Assembly (NCBI GenBank): GCA_963851265.1
Contig: CAWKNZ010000011.1
Location: 1 to 35,838, forward strand
Length of the DNA stretch: 35,838 nt
Direction: 5' to 3'
Origin: an uncultured Gemmatimonadales bacterium
GTDB taxonomy: Bacteria; Gemmatimonadota; Gemmatimonadetes; Gemmatimonadales; Gemmatimonadaceae
Shown here one piece after another: positions 10,015 through 19,105 of the stretch. Each line of letters opens with the position of its first letter. Position 1 is the first letter of the stretch. Made by a program: the position numbers and the translations under genes. The notes under the pieces are model-generated. The model saw nothing but the letters and a program-made list of their open reading frames with translations, ran no database searches and had not been told where the DNA came from.

Positions 10015-10320
10015 ATGTCGTCTGCCCCGCGTCCGTCCGCGCCCGTCTGGGCGGCCCCGCACCCGACCGCGCCGACCGCGGCGGTGCTCCGCCTGCACCG
10101 CCCGACCGACGGCGGCGCCGACGCCCGGTCGGGCCGCGGTCGCGAATGCGGCGACCCGGAGGCGGTGCTCACGCGCGCCGCGCGCCGGAAGGCCCGGATC
10201 CGCATACGCCGGCTGGTGGCAGGGGCCACACGGTCGACGGGCGACGATCCGCGCGAACTCGACCGGTGGGAGGACGAGGGCGGCTCACCCCGCGGCGTGG
10301 AGTCGCGTCGAGACGCGTGA
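10015..10320 (+). CDS. Small hypothetical protein with C-terminal 'DRWEDEGG' motif
   Basis: ATG 10015 with a GAGG upstream. W-E-[DN]-E-G-G is a motif I recall in many small uncharacterised bacterial proteins. Confidence 0.5.
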   Translation: MSSAPRPSAPVWAAPHPTAPTAAVLRLHRPTDGGADARSGRGRECGDPEAVLTRAARRKARIRIRRLVAGATRSTGDDPRELDRWEDEGGSPRGVESRRDA

Positions 10321-10382
10321 AGACACGGAGGCCGCTCGCCTCGGCGAGCGCAGGCACACGTTCACCTGGCCCGGAACCACCA

Positions 10383-10568
10383 ATGCTCGGAATCGCTGTT
10401 GCGCGCCGCGGCACCGTCGCCCTCACGCTCGTCGGCGTCGTGTTCTTCCTCGCCGGGGTTGAGCAGCACCGGGGCGGCGGTTCCGGCGCGTTCGTCCTGA
10501 TCGGCGTCGTCTTCGTCCTGATCGGCGTTCGGCGGCTGCGGCGCAGCACGCCCGCGTTCCCCGGCTGA
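10383..10568 (+). CDS. Small two-TM membrane protein
   Basis: Two hydrophobic helices joined by a Gly-rich loop, followed by a basic tail (RRLRR). Confidence 0.55.
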   Translation: MLGIAVARRGTVALTLVGVVFFLAGVEQHRGGGSGAFVLIGVVFVLIGVRRLRRSTPAFPG

Positions 10569-11219
10569 CGCCCGCCGGTTCGCCCGGGCGGTCGTCGGCG
10601 GCGCGATTCTCCGCCGGGGCGTGGGATCGCGGACGCCACGCGTCGGGACCGCATCGGAAGCGCAGGGGCCCACCGAGCACGGAGGGCGGGGAGGACGGGC
10701 GCCGGCCGGTGTCGCGACACCTCCGTGGCGATCGGGCCGGTGCAACCTGGACGCCGCCGACCTGGCCGGCGCCCGGCGGGCGGACGCGTGTGGGGCTGCG
10801 TGTCCCGGACGCGGGCGCCGCGCGAGGCGGCGGAGGAACGCACGACGCCGGACGTCAGCGCGCAGCAGCAGGGTGGCGTCCGCGCGTTCGCCGCGCTCGA
10901 CGCGGCGCGTCGTGGTCCCCGACGCCGGCACCGCCTAACGGACGGACGCCGCGCTCACGGGCGCCGTGCCGGTCCCCCGGCGTACGACGGGGACCAGCAC
11001 GCGGAGCGCGAACACGCGGCGCGCCGCGACGAGCGGGATCGAGACAACGAAACCGAGTAATCCGCCGCCGGCCGCGCCCGTGCGAGTCGAACCCTTCGGC
11101 CGGCGTCGGGGGTAGGATGCAGGACGACGCGGCCGGGAGTACACCAGGCGACTGCGTAGGGCGGCACCGCCGCTCGCCGATCGGCGCTTCTGGCGACGCC
11201 CCCACCACAGGCCGCGCCC

Positions 11220-11756
11220 ATGCCGTCCGCCGCTCGTCCGTTCGCCCTGCCGTTCGCACTCCCGTTCGCCCTGCCGACGTATGTCGGCCCCGCGACCGGC
11301 GACCCGACCCCGGCCATCCCGTTGCACCGGCCGGCGCTGGCCGTCTCGGTCCGAACGGCGCTCGAGGCGGCGTCCGGCGCGTTGTGCAACGCCGTCGCCG
11401 ACGTCGGCCGACACGAGCTCTGGGCCGCGCACGAAGCACAGGCGACCGACCGGCGGGCGCACGCAAGTGGCCCACCCGCACTTCGGTACGCCGTCGACCG
11501 CGAGCCGCGCTGGCGGGAGCGCGGCGACGACGCGGCTTTCTACGACGCCAGCGATGCGGCCGCCCGCGATGCGGTCTACCGCGCGGCCGGCGGGTACGCG
11601 CGCGCGTTCCGGGCCGAGGGCGGACCCCTCGCGACCGCCCTCGCCACCGTGCGCGCGCGGGTGCAGACCGCCGCCGGCCGGCTCTCGGCACCGGCGCTCG
11701 CCGCCGTCCAGCGCGACGCGGCCGAGCGATGCCTCGGCGCGTACCACGCGGAGTGA
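11220..11756 (+). CDS. Hypothetical helical protein with 'YARAFRAEG...CLGAYH' C-terminal domain
   Basis: 178 aa, protein-like. The C-terminus resembles a small helical family I recall as expanded in Gemmatimonadota. PFAL x3 12-bp repeat near the N-terminus. Confidence 0.65.
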   Translation: MPSAARPFALPFALPFALPTYVGPATGDPTPAIPLHRPALAVSVRTALEAASGALCNAVADVGRHELWAAHEAQATDRRAHASGPPALRYAVDREPRWRERGDDAAFYDASDAAARDAVYRAAGGYARAFRAEGGPLATALATVRARVQTAAGRLSAPALAAVQRDAAERCLGAYHAE

Positions 11757-11929
11757 CGCGGCACGGGATAGTCCCTCGGTGTCACGGGGGAGATCGGCCC
11801 TTCACGCGACGGCCGCGGATACGCCGCGGCCCGCCGTTCGGAGGTGTGCGCAGAGGACCGCACGACGCGCGTGGGACGTTCCCGGTGGGACATGTCTGCG
11901 CCGCACCGCCCGGTCGAGGATGTACGGCC

Positions 11930-12154
11930 ATGTTAGATCCCAAGGTGCAGCAGAAGGGCGGGTTCGGCGCATTCGCCGCGCGCTCGCAGGAGCGCGACGA
12001 CGTGCGAGCGGCCGCGCGGGTGCAGGCGGCCCAGGACGCCGCGACGGGCGCGATGCCCGTGGTAGTGCGGGACGACCCGGCGCCGGGCCTCGCGTCGCGC
12101 GCGGACGGACGCCGCGCCGAGAAGACGAGCGAACGCCCGGGCGGCGTGCGCTAG
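11930..12154 (+). CDS. Possible small hypothetical protein (74 aa)
   Basis: ATG 11930 with GAGGA upstream. 'MLDPKVQQKGGFGAFAARSQER' looks protein-like. Confidence 0.4.
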   Translation: MLDPKVQQKGGFGAFAARSQERDDVRAAARVQAAQDAATGAMPVVVRDDPAPGLASRADGRRAEKTSERPGGVR

Positions 12155-12176
12155 GCGCGTCGCCGGCGGGAGCTAG

Positions 12177-12216
12177 CCGTCGCCGGCCGTCCCGTCGCCG
12201 GCCGTCCCGTCGCCGG
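12177..12216. repeat. Tandem 15-bp repeat CCGTCGCCGGCCGTC x2.7
   Basis: Copies at 12177, 12192 and a partial copy at 12207, lying between convergent ORFs. Confidence 0.85.
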
Positions 12217-12352
12217 GAACGCGGCGGGCGGTCGTCGGGCAGGGTCACCGCGGGATACGGTCCCCGCGCGGGCTCGTGCTGCCCATGCCGTGCCGTGCGC
12301 CCGGCGGTCCGGTTACGTCCGCTCGCGCGGCGGACACCACGTACGCTGACGG

Positions 12353-12901
12353 TTAGACACCGCGGGGTGGCCCGTACGGCACTGCGGGCAGGGCGCCGAC
12401 GACGGCAGCGTCAGTGCCGACCCCCGTGCCGGCCGGCCACGCGCGCCCGAGCCCGACGAGTGTGAGTGCCAGCCCCACGAGTACGCACACCGCCGCGGCG
12501 ACGAGCAACGTCGTGACCGCCGTGTCGGCCGTGCCCCGGGGCGGCGCAGACGCCGCGCTGGCCACCGAGAGTAGGGGTGAGGATCGTCCAACGACGCCCG
12601 CGAGCAGGGCGGCCGTTCCGTTGAGCCAGGTGCCGCATTGCAGGGCGACGAACCAGCTCCGGAGGCCGGTGCGCCCGAGCCGCAGCTCCGGCAGGAGCAG
12701 CGCCAGCAGTACGAGCAACATGCCATTGCCCGTGTACTCGACGTGCGCCATCACGAGGCCGCGGAACCAGGGCACGGCCGCGGGCGGGACCAAGCCGACG
12801 AGACACCCGACCGTGATCTGGGCGACGCCGAGCAGGAGCGTGAGGCGGCGCAACGCGTCCTTCAGCTGCCCTGCGGGATCCGTGCCCCGCGCCCCGGCCA
12901 T
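12353..12901 (-). CDS. StyC (styrene-oxide isomerase)-like four-TM membrane protein
   Basis: Pattern 'GCLVGL...RGLVMAHVEYTGNGMLL...LRL...GTWLN...LAGVVG...L' with the conserved His of TM2. Confidence 0.6.
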   Translation of the reverse strand: MAGARGTDPAGQLKDALRRLTLLLGVAQITVGCLVGLVPPAAVPWFRGLVMAHVEYTGNGMLLVLLALLLPELRLGRTGLRSWFVALQCGTWLNGTAALLAGVVGRSSPLLSVASAASAPPRGTADTAVTTLLVAAAVCVLVGLALTLVGLGRAWPAGTGVGTDAAVVGALPAVPYGPPRGV

Positions 12902-13195
12902 GATGACGCGCGGGCCGTTGCCGTCAGTGGGCGTAGAACGCGGCGACCGCCGAACCGACGGACAGGGGTGCGACGACGGGATGGGCGACGACAGGCATCG
13001 GACGACCTCGCGCGAAAGGCGTCGCCAGAAGCGCCGGTGAAGGTGACGGAAGTCATGCCTAACGCGGTCGCCTGGTGAACTGCCCGGCCGCGTTCGACGC
13101 GTGCCCCGCCGCAACATACGGCGACGGTCGTACGCGGTTCCACAAATCGGATCCTACCCGGCGGCGGGCCGGCACGCCGGCGCGCGCCGGAGCCG

Positions 13196-14119
13196 CTACG
13201 AGAACGCCTCGTACGTCCCCGTCTGAATCACGGTCGGACCGCCGCCCGACACGTCAACCGTTCCCGTCGTGTGCACGCGGAGGAGGTCGCAGCACAGTCC
13301 GCCCGCGCCCACCTCGAGCGTCGCGCCGGCGTTCACGGTCACGACGTTGTAGACGAACACGCCGATCTCGAACGGGTCCGTCGCGAGCACCTCGGAGAGC
13401 AGCGCCTGCCACTCGCGGCTCACGCTCTGCGAGTTGCCGTAGATGAACTCGCGGAGCACCGCCCGCTGGTCGATCGTCAACTGCCCGGCGACGAACGGGT
13501 CGGGCGTCCGACCGAACACCGCACCGAACCGCGGATGCTTGGTGGCCCAGTACGTGTCGTCGCTTCCGAGCGTCGCCTTCGCCTCCGCGGGCGTCCGGAG
13601 TATGACGCGGTGCAAGTCGGCTTTCATCGTGTCGGCGCGCGCGTCCAGGCGCACGTGCTGTTCGCGTGCGACGGTCAGGTCCTGGATCGTCAGGTCCGCA
13701 TGCGCGAGGTGGAACCGCTTGAGCCGGTCCGCGAAGGACGGCGCGACGTTCGTGTGCTTCGCGAGTCGCGCGTGCACGGCCGCGGGCTTCGCGTGCCGCA
13801 CGTCGACGAACCCGCGGAATGGCGCGTGACCGGGCGCGGCGACGGCGACGGTGTACGCGCCTTCCGCAAGCGTCAACGTCGTCGGCTTCTCGCGGACGAG
13901 CGTCACCCGGTGCTGCCGGGCCCCGAGCGGGCGATGGTCGGTGACGAGGGCCGTGGCGGACGCCGGCGCGGCCGCGCCGCCTTCGAGTTCGAGTGCCAAC
14001 ACGCCCTGGCGTGTGGCGGGGTACAACCCCCGGGATCGCTCGGCCATGGCGTCGAGGAACCCTTGCGGGGTGAGAACGGGCGCGGCAGCAAGCGTCGGAG
14101 CGCGTGTGGGAGCGAGCAT
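13196..14119 (-). CDS. Uncharacterised protein: PEGA/carboxypeptidase-regulatory-like N-domain plus beta-rich C-terminus
   Basis: RBS GAGAGG before ATG 14119. 'LAEGAYTVAVAAPGHAPFRGFVDV' is PEGA-like. C-terminal stacked strands 'VYNVVTVNAGATLEV...LRVHTTGTVDV'. Confidence 0.8.
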   Translation of the reverse strand: MLAPTRAPTLAAAPVLTPQGFLDAMAERSRGLYPATRQGVLALELEGGAAAPASATALVTDHRPLGARQHRVTLVREKPTTLTLAEGAYTVAVAAPGHAPFRGFVDVRHAKPAAVHARLAKHTNVAPSFADRLKRFHLAHADLTIQDLTVAREQHVRLDARADTMKADLHRVILRTPAEAKATLGSDDTYWATKHPRFGAVFGRTPDPFVAGQLTIDQRAVLREFIYGNSQSVSREWQALLSEVLATDPFEIGVFVYNVVTVNAGATLEVGAGGLCCDLLRVHTTGTVDVSGGGPTVIQTGTYEAFS

Positions 14120-14136
14120 GTGTGCCTCTCGGATGG

Positions 14137-14820
14137 TCAGATGTAGATGTTCACGGTCCCGATCTTTCCGTTCGTGCCCGTCGGGCCGGCATCCCCGAAG
14201 ACGGGATCGCCTGGGGGCGCGAACGCGCCGCCACTGCCCGCGCGACCGCCCGCGCCGCCGGCGCCGGGCGTGCCGCCGGCCCCGCCGAGGGCACCCAGGC
14301 CCTGGTCGTAGGACACGATCAGGTCGGCCACGCTGAAATCGCCCCCGACGTAGACGTCGACGTCGTACGCGTTCCCGCCGTTGCCACCGGGACCGCCCGT
14401 GCCCCCTTTGCCCCCGCTGCCCCCTACGCCGCCGGCGCCAGCGGGCTGCTCGTCATCGTCGTTGCCGCCGTCCTGGCCCTCGCCGCCAGCGCCGCCGGCA
14501 CCGCCAAGTCCGCCCGGCTGCCCGTGGCCGCCGCCCGCGATGACCTGAATCGGCCCGCTCTTGAGGGTGCTAACGTGGAGCGAGATGCCGGCCGGTCCGT
14601 CGGAGCCGCGTTGCCCGGACACGCCGGCCTGCCCCTGGTCGCCGCCATAGCCGCCGGCACCGGGCTGCCCGGGGTCGTCGTGGTCCCACCAGAGCGCGCC
14701 GCCATCATTCGCGTTCCCCGCCTGCGGCGGCACGAACTTCACCTTGCCCGGCGGGACGAACGTCGGGGTGTCGGGGACGCTTTGGGGCGCGTCCTTGCCC
14801 TTGATGCTGATGCTGCCCAT
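14137..14820 (-). CDS. Gly-rich collagen-like / PGRS-like protein
   Basis: 227 aa from ATG 14820. Runs of GGX and GXX triplets are interrupted by short beta-strands (ISLHV, IQVIAGGG, VDVYV, VNIYI). No signal peptide. Confidence 0.85.
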   Translation of the reverse strand: MGSISIKGKDAPQSVPDTPTFVPPGKVKFVPPQAGNANDGGALWWDHDDPGQPGAGGYGGDQGQAGVSGQRGSDGPAGISLHVSTLKSGPIQVIAGGGHGQPGGLGGAGGAGGEGQDGGNDDDEQPAGAGGVGGSGGKGGTGGPGGNGGNAYDVDVYVGGDFSVADLIVSYDQGLGALGGAGGTPGAGGAGGRAGSGGAFAPPGDPVFGDAGPTGTNGKIGTVNIYI

Positions 14821-15115
14821 GATCGCCACCGGTCGCGGCCCCGGTTGGGGCCTGAGGGCTCCAGCCGAGACGCGCTGGAGGAGCGGACCGCGGCGTCTAT
14901 CGTCGCGGTTGCTCTTGGCAGGGTACGGGCGGTGCCGCATGTTGGAGTGGGCAGCTTCTGCCCATCTTCGTAGCCTCGCGGGTGCGCGGGTCGCGACTCA
15001 CACACAGCGACCCGCGCACCGACCCGTCCCGGTCGGCGGCACCATGCGTCGCGGATCCGTCCAGGATCGCAGCACCCGCGTGAGGCCTCCGCGGCTCGGC
15101 AGGAGGGCTCGGCCG

Positions 15116-16081
15116 ATGCTCCAGTTCACCGCCCGCGATGCCCGCCATTTCAGTGAGGCGTCGCAGGTGCTCGTGTCGCCGCAGGACTACCCGCAGTGCG
15201 CGGCATGGCGCGCCGGCGTGACCGCCGCGGTGCGCGTGTTGTTCGCGGCGGACCGCGCGCTGCTCCTGATGTCGGTGCAGCCGGATCTCGCACCCGGCGC
15301 CCGGATCGTCGCAGGAATCCCACATGACGCGTGGTGGCCCGCCATCGCTCCCGCGTCCACCGCGTTGGCGCTCCACGACTCGGCGCGGCGACCTGGCGTG
15401 CGGAGCGAAGGCCGCATCCTCGTCGGGCCGCTCGCGGAGGAGGGCCGCACGACACTCCGCGGGTGGCCGCCCGCCGTTCAGCTGCCACTGCTGTCCGGCA
15501 CGCTCCGGCCCGCGCGGGATGTAACCGCGGCCGGGCTCGACGCGAACTTACCGACTTGGGCCTGGGTGCATATCAGAGCCGAGGCCGGCGCGGGCGGCGC
15601 GCTCCTCATCGTGGGATCGTGCGGCGCCCTGAGCGCGCGCTTTGACGAAACGGACGCGCTCCTGCTCGGCGCCATGCTACGCCCCGCGTTTGTCGCCGGC
15701 GCCCGCGACGCCCGCGCGCGCTGGGGTCCTTGCCGGGGCGCGCTCGGGAATGCATCGCGACCGATCACGGGCGGGCCGGACGCGGTGGATCCGCGGACGG
15801 CTCCGTCCTCGGAGCCGTCGTCCGGGATCGCGATGACCCTCCGATCGTGCGACGACGCGCGATTCGCGAGCGTCCGCGGGTCCACCGGCGCGCCGGGGAC
15901 GCTCGCGGCCGCCCACCTCACGGCGCGGGAGCACGAGATCGCGGCGCTCCTGGCGCAGCGGCGCACCAACCGCGAGATCGCGGCGGCCCTCACGATCACG
16001 GAGCACACGGCTCGCCACCACACCGAGCGCGTGTTGCGGAAGCTCGGGCTCTCGACGCGGCGAGACGTGCCACGGCCGTAG
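15116..16081 (+). CDS. LuxR-family HTH transcriptional regulator
   Basis: RBS AGGAGG before ATG 15116. C-terminal 'LTAREHEIAALLAQRRTNREIAAALTITEHTARHHTERVLRKLGL'. N-terminal sensor region is degenerate and GAF-like. Confidence 0.85.
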   Translation: MLQFTARDARHFSEASQVLVSPQDYPQCAAWRAGVTAAVRVLFAADRALLLMSVQPDLAPGARIVAGIPHDAWWPAIAPASTALALHDSARRPGVRSEGRILVGPLAEEGRTTLRGWPPAVQLPLLSGTLRPARDVTAAGLDANLPTWAWVHIRAEAGAGGALLIVGSCGALSARFDETDALLLGAMLRPAFVAGARDARARWGPCRGALGNASRPITGGPDAVDPRTAPSSEPSSGIAMTLRSCDDARFASVRGSTGAPGTLAAAHLTAREHEIAALLAQRRTNREIAAALTITEHTARHHTERVLRKLGLSTRRDVPRP

Positions 16082-16196
16082 AGCGTTAGGCACGCGCGGG
16101 CCTCGACGGCGCGCCCGACGTGCGCGGGCCGTGTCCGGCGCGCCACGGCCGTGCGGCGCCCTACGGGCGGTGCGCCGCGAGCCGCGGCGCCGTCTG

Positions 16197-16772
16197 CCGC
16201 TCGCGCACGTGTACTTCCCCGAGACCGCCGTGTGCTCCATCATCGCCCGCATGGCCGACGGCGCCGGCGTCGAGGTGGGCACGATCGGCAACGAGGGCCT
16301 GGTCGGCCTCGCCGCCCTCCTCGACACCGCGGCGAGCGCGAACCAGACGCTCGCCCAGATCCCCGGCACGGCCCTCCGTATCCCGGCGGCCGGGCTCGTC
16401 GCGGCCGTCGACGCGCGGCCCGCGCTCCGGCGCTTGCTGCACCGCTACACGCAGGCATACCTGACGCAGGTGGCCCAGGGCGCGGCGTGCAACCGGCTGC
16501 ACGGGATCGAGGCGCGGTGCGCGCGCTGGCTGCTGATGACGCACGACCGGGTGGGCGGCGCGGACCGGTTCCCGCTCACGCAGGAGTTCCTCGCGATCAT
16601 GCTCGGCGTTAGGCGCTCGGGGGTGACGGTCGCGGCGGGCGCGCTGCAGGCCGCGGGGCTCATCCGCTACCACCGCGGCGGCATTCGCGTGCTCGACCGC
16701 GCAGGCCTCGAGCGCCCCGCGTGCGAGTGCTACGGGGTCGTCCGCCGCCAGTTCGATCGGCTGCTACCCTAG
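16197..16772 (+). pseudogene. N-terminally truncated Crp/Fnr-family regulator
   Basis: 'HVYFP...VEVGTIGNEGLVG...ACNRLH..EARCARWLL...LTQEFLAIMLGVRR...ACECY'. The usual 'NRLLAAL...' N-terminal ~35-40 aa are absent. Confidence 0.75.
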
Positions 16773-17490
16773 CTGGCCCGGCGTCCGCGCGGTCTATCGG
16801 ACACCGCCTAACGCGCGATTCCGCCGGCGTTCGCCTCGGATTCAGGGCTGCCGGACGGTCGACCGCGCGGAACGCCGCGGAACGCCATGGGCCGAAACTG
16901 CCCACGCGCGGTCGGCATCCGCTACCTACCCTGTCCGGTGCGACGCCGCCCGCGTACGACGCGGGCGGCCGCACCAGCGCCGCTCGGCTGGAGCTCTCAC
17001 GCCACAGAGGTGGCCTCGCATGCGCAACTTCGGCCTCACGCGGCACGACGCACCGCAAAGTCGTTCGAGCTGGTCAGACAGGGCGTACTGGACGGGCGTT
17101 CCGCACTCGGCGCCGGCGGTACGATGACGCCGATCGCGTCCTGGTCGCCGTTCAGCTGCTCGACTGCCCCGCGCGGTGCGACCGCCTGATGCTCGCATGT
17201 ACCGACGCGTTCGACCGGGCGACGGTACGCGAGCGACTCGAAGCTCAGGTCGTGCCGCCCCTCGTGTCGCTCGCTGGGACGCGACGGTTCGCGACGCTCG
17301 TCCGTTCGCAGGCTGTGACCCAACTCGGTCGGGAACGCGCCCGTCGTGACGCCGGCATCCGGGCGATCGCCGAACGACGAGGCGCCGGCAGCCCGCGGTC
17401 GCGATGTCGCGGGGCACGTGCAATAGGATCAGCGTGACCCGATCGCGCGGCGGTGGCGGCACACGCGTCGTCCCCCGCCGTCCATCCCCG

Positions 17491-17709
17491 ATGCCCGACA
17501 GCACGTTCCTGGAAGAAGTCGAGAGCCTGTTCGCGTCGGTCCGGGTGCACCTGGGACAGACGGAGTACACCGAGAACGTGATCGGGACCGATTACATCCG
17601 GCTCTCGAACGGGAACACCACCCACCGCATCCCGCTCGCGTCGATCCACTCGGTGCGGATGACGACCACGGTCGCGACGATCGTCCTGCGCGAACCCAAG
17701 CGCGAGTGA
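17491..17709 (+). CDS. Small beta-rich hypothetical protein (72 aa)
   Basis: Clearly protein-like, less Arg/Ala-biased than shadow frames. Its stop overlaps the GTG of the transporter (GTGA). Confidence 0.7.
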   Translation: MPDSTFLEEVESLFASVRVHLGQTEYTENVIGTDYIRLSNGNTTHRIPLASIHSVRMTTTVATIVLREPKRE

Positions 17710-19049
17710 CATCGCGTACGCGTCGCCCGAGGCCGACCAACGCGCCCGACCGCGTGGTGCCCGACGCGCGGCGCGGTGTCGCGCGAAGCGTCGCGGGCCT
17801 GATGCGCACGCTCGGGCCGGGGCTGATCACGGGCGCGGCGGACGACGACCCGTCGGGCATCTCGACGTATTCGCAAGCCGGTGCGGCGTTCGGTTACGGC
17901 ACGCTCTGGGTCGCGGTCGTCAGCTTCCCGCTCATGGCGGCGGTGCAGCTCATGTGCGCCCGCATCGGCTTCGTCGCGCGCCGCGGGCTCGCCAGCGTGC
18001 TGCGCGAGCACTACCCGCGCCCGGTGCTCTGGGCCGCGTGCGCGCTCCTCCTCGTCGCCAACACGCTCAACATCGCCGCCGACCTCGGCGGCATGGCCGC
18101 GGGGGCACGCCTGCTCACCGGCTGGCCCGCGGCCGTGTTCGTGCCGCTGTTTGCGGTCGCCATCGTCGCGCTGCTCGTGTTCGCGTCCTACGTGTGGGTG
18201 GCGCGCGTGTTCAAGTGGCTCACGCTCGTGCTCTTCGCGTACGTGCTCACCGCGTTCCTGGCGCACCCGGACTGGCGGGCCGTGCTGCGCGGCACGGTGG
18301 TGCCGCACGTGGGCGGCTCCGCCGAGTTCCTGCTCACCATCGTCGCGCTCCTCGGGACGACGATCTCGCCGTACCTGTTCTTCTGGCAGGCGTCCCAGGA
18401 AGCCGAGGAGGTCGCGGCGCGCGAACGGACGCGGGCCCGGGGCACCCGCGTGCAGCGGCCGCGCGCCGAGTGGCGGGCGTTGCGCGCGCTCCGACTCGAC
18501 GTGTTGGTCGGGATGTTCGCGTCCAACCTGATCATGTACTTCATCATCCTCACCGCGGGCGCGACGCTGCACGCGGCGGGGCTGACCAACGTGCAGACGG
18601 CGGAGCAGGCCGCCACCGCGCTCCGCCCGCTCGCGGGCCCGGCCGCGTCGCTCCTGTTCACGCTCGGGCTCGTGGGCACCGGGATGCTCGGCGTGCCCGT
18701 GCTCGCCGGGTCTGGCGCGTACGCGCTCGCGGAGGCCGCGGCCTGGCGCAGCGGGATGGACGAGACGCCCGACACGGCGCCCCATTTCTACGCGATCATC
18801 GCGCTCAGCATGGTGCTCGGGACCGCGCTCACCTTCGCGCGCGTGGACGCGATCCGACTGCTGTTCTGGTCGGCGGTGGTGAACGGCGTGTTCGCGCCGC
18901 CGCTGATCGTGCTCGTGCTCGTGGTCTGCAACAACCGCCGTGTGATGGGCCAGGTCGCGAACGGGGCATGGCTCAACGCGCTCGGTGGACTGGCGGCGCT
19001 GGCGATGGGCGCGGCGGCGGCGGCGCTGGTTGTATCGCTCGTGCGGTGA
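17706..19049 (+). CDS. NRAMP-family (NRAMP-related) divalent metal transporter
   Basis: LGPGLITGAADDDPSGISTYSQAGA, GTTISPYLFFWQ, about 11 TM helices. Confidence 0.92.
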   Translation: MTSRTRRPRPTNAPDRVVPDARRGVARSVAGLMRTLGPGLITGAADDDPSGISTYSQAGAAFGYGTLWVAVVSFPLMAAVQLMCARIGFVARRGLASVLREHYPRPVLWAACALLLVANTLNIAADLGGMAAGARLLTGWPAAVFVPLFAVAIVALLVFASYVWVARVFKWLTLVLFAYVLTAFLAHPDWRAVLRGTVVPHVGGSAEFLLTIVALLGTTISPYLFFWQASQEAEEVAARERTRARGTRVQRPRAEWRALRALRLDVLVGMFASNLIMYFIILTAGATLHAAGLTNVQTAEQAATALRPLAGPAASLLFTLGLVGTGMLGVPVLAGSGAYALAEAAAWRSGMDETPDTAPHFYAIIALSMVLGTALTFARVDAIRLLFWSAVVNGVFAPPLIVLVLVVCNNRRVMGQVANGAWLNALGGLAALAMGAAAAALVVSLVR

Positions 19050-19105
19050 CGCGGGTCCACGCCGTGGACCCCTCGAACCACGTTAGGCACTTCGGGGAGG
19101 CGTGG

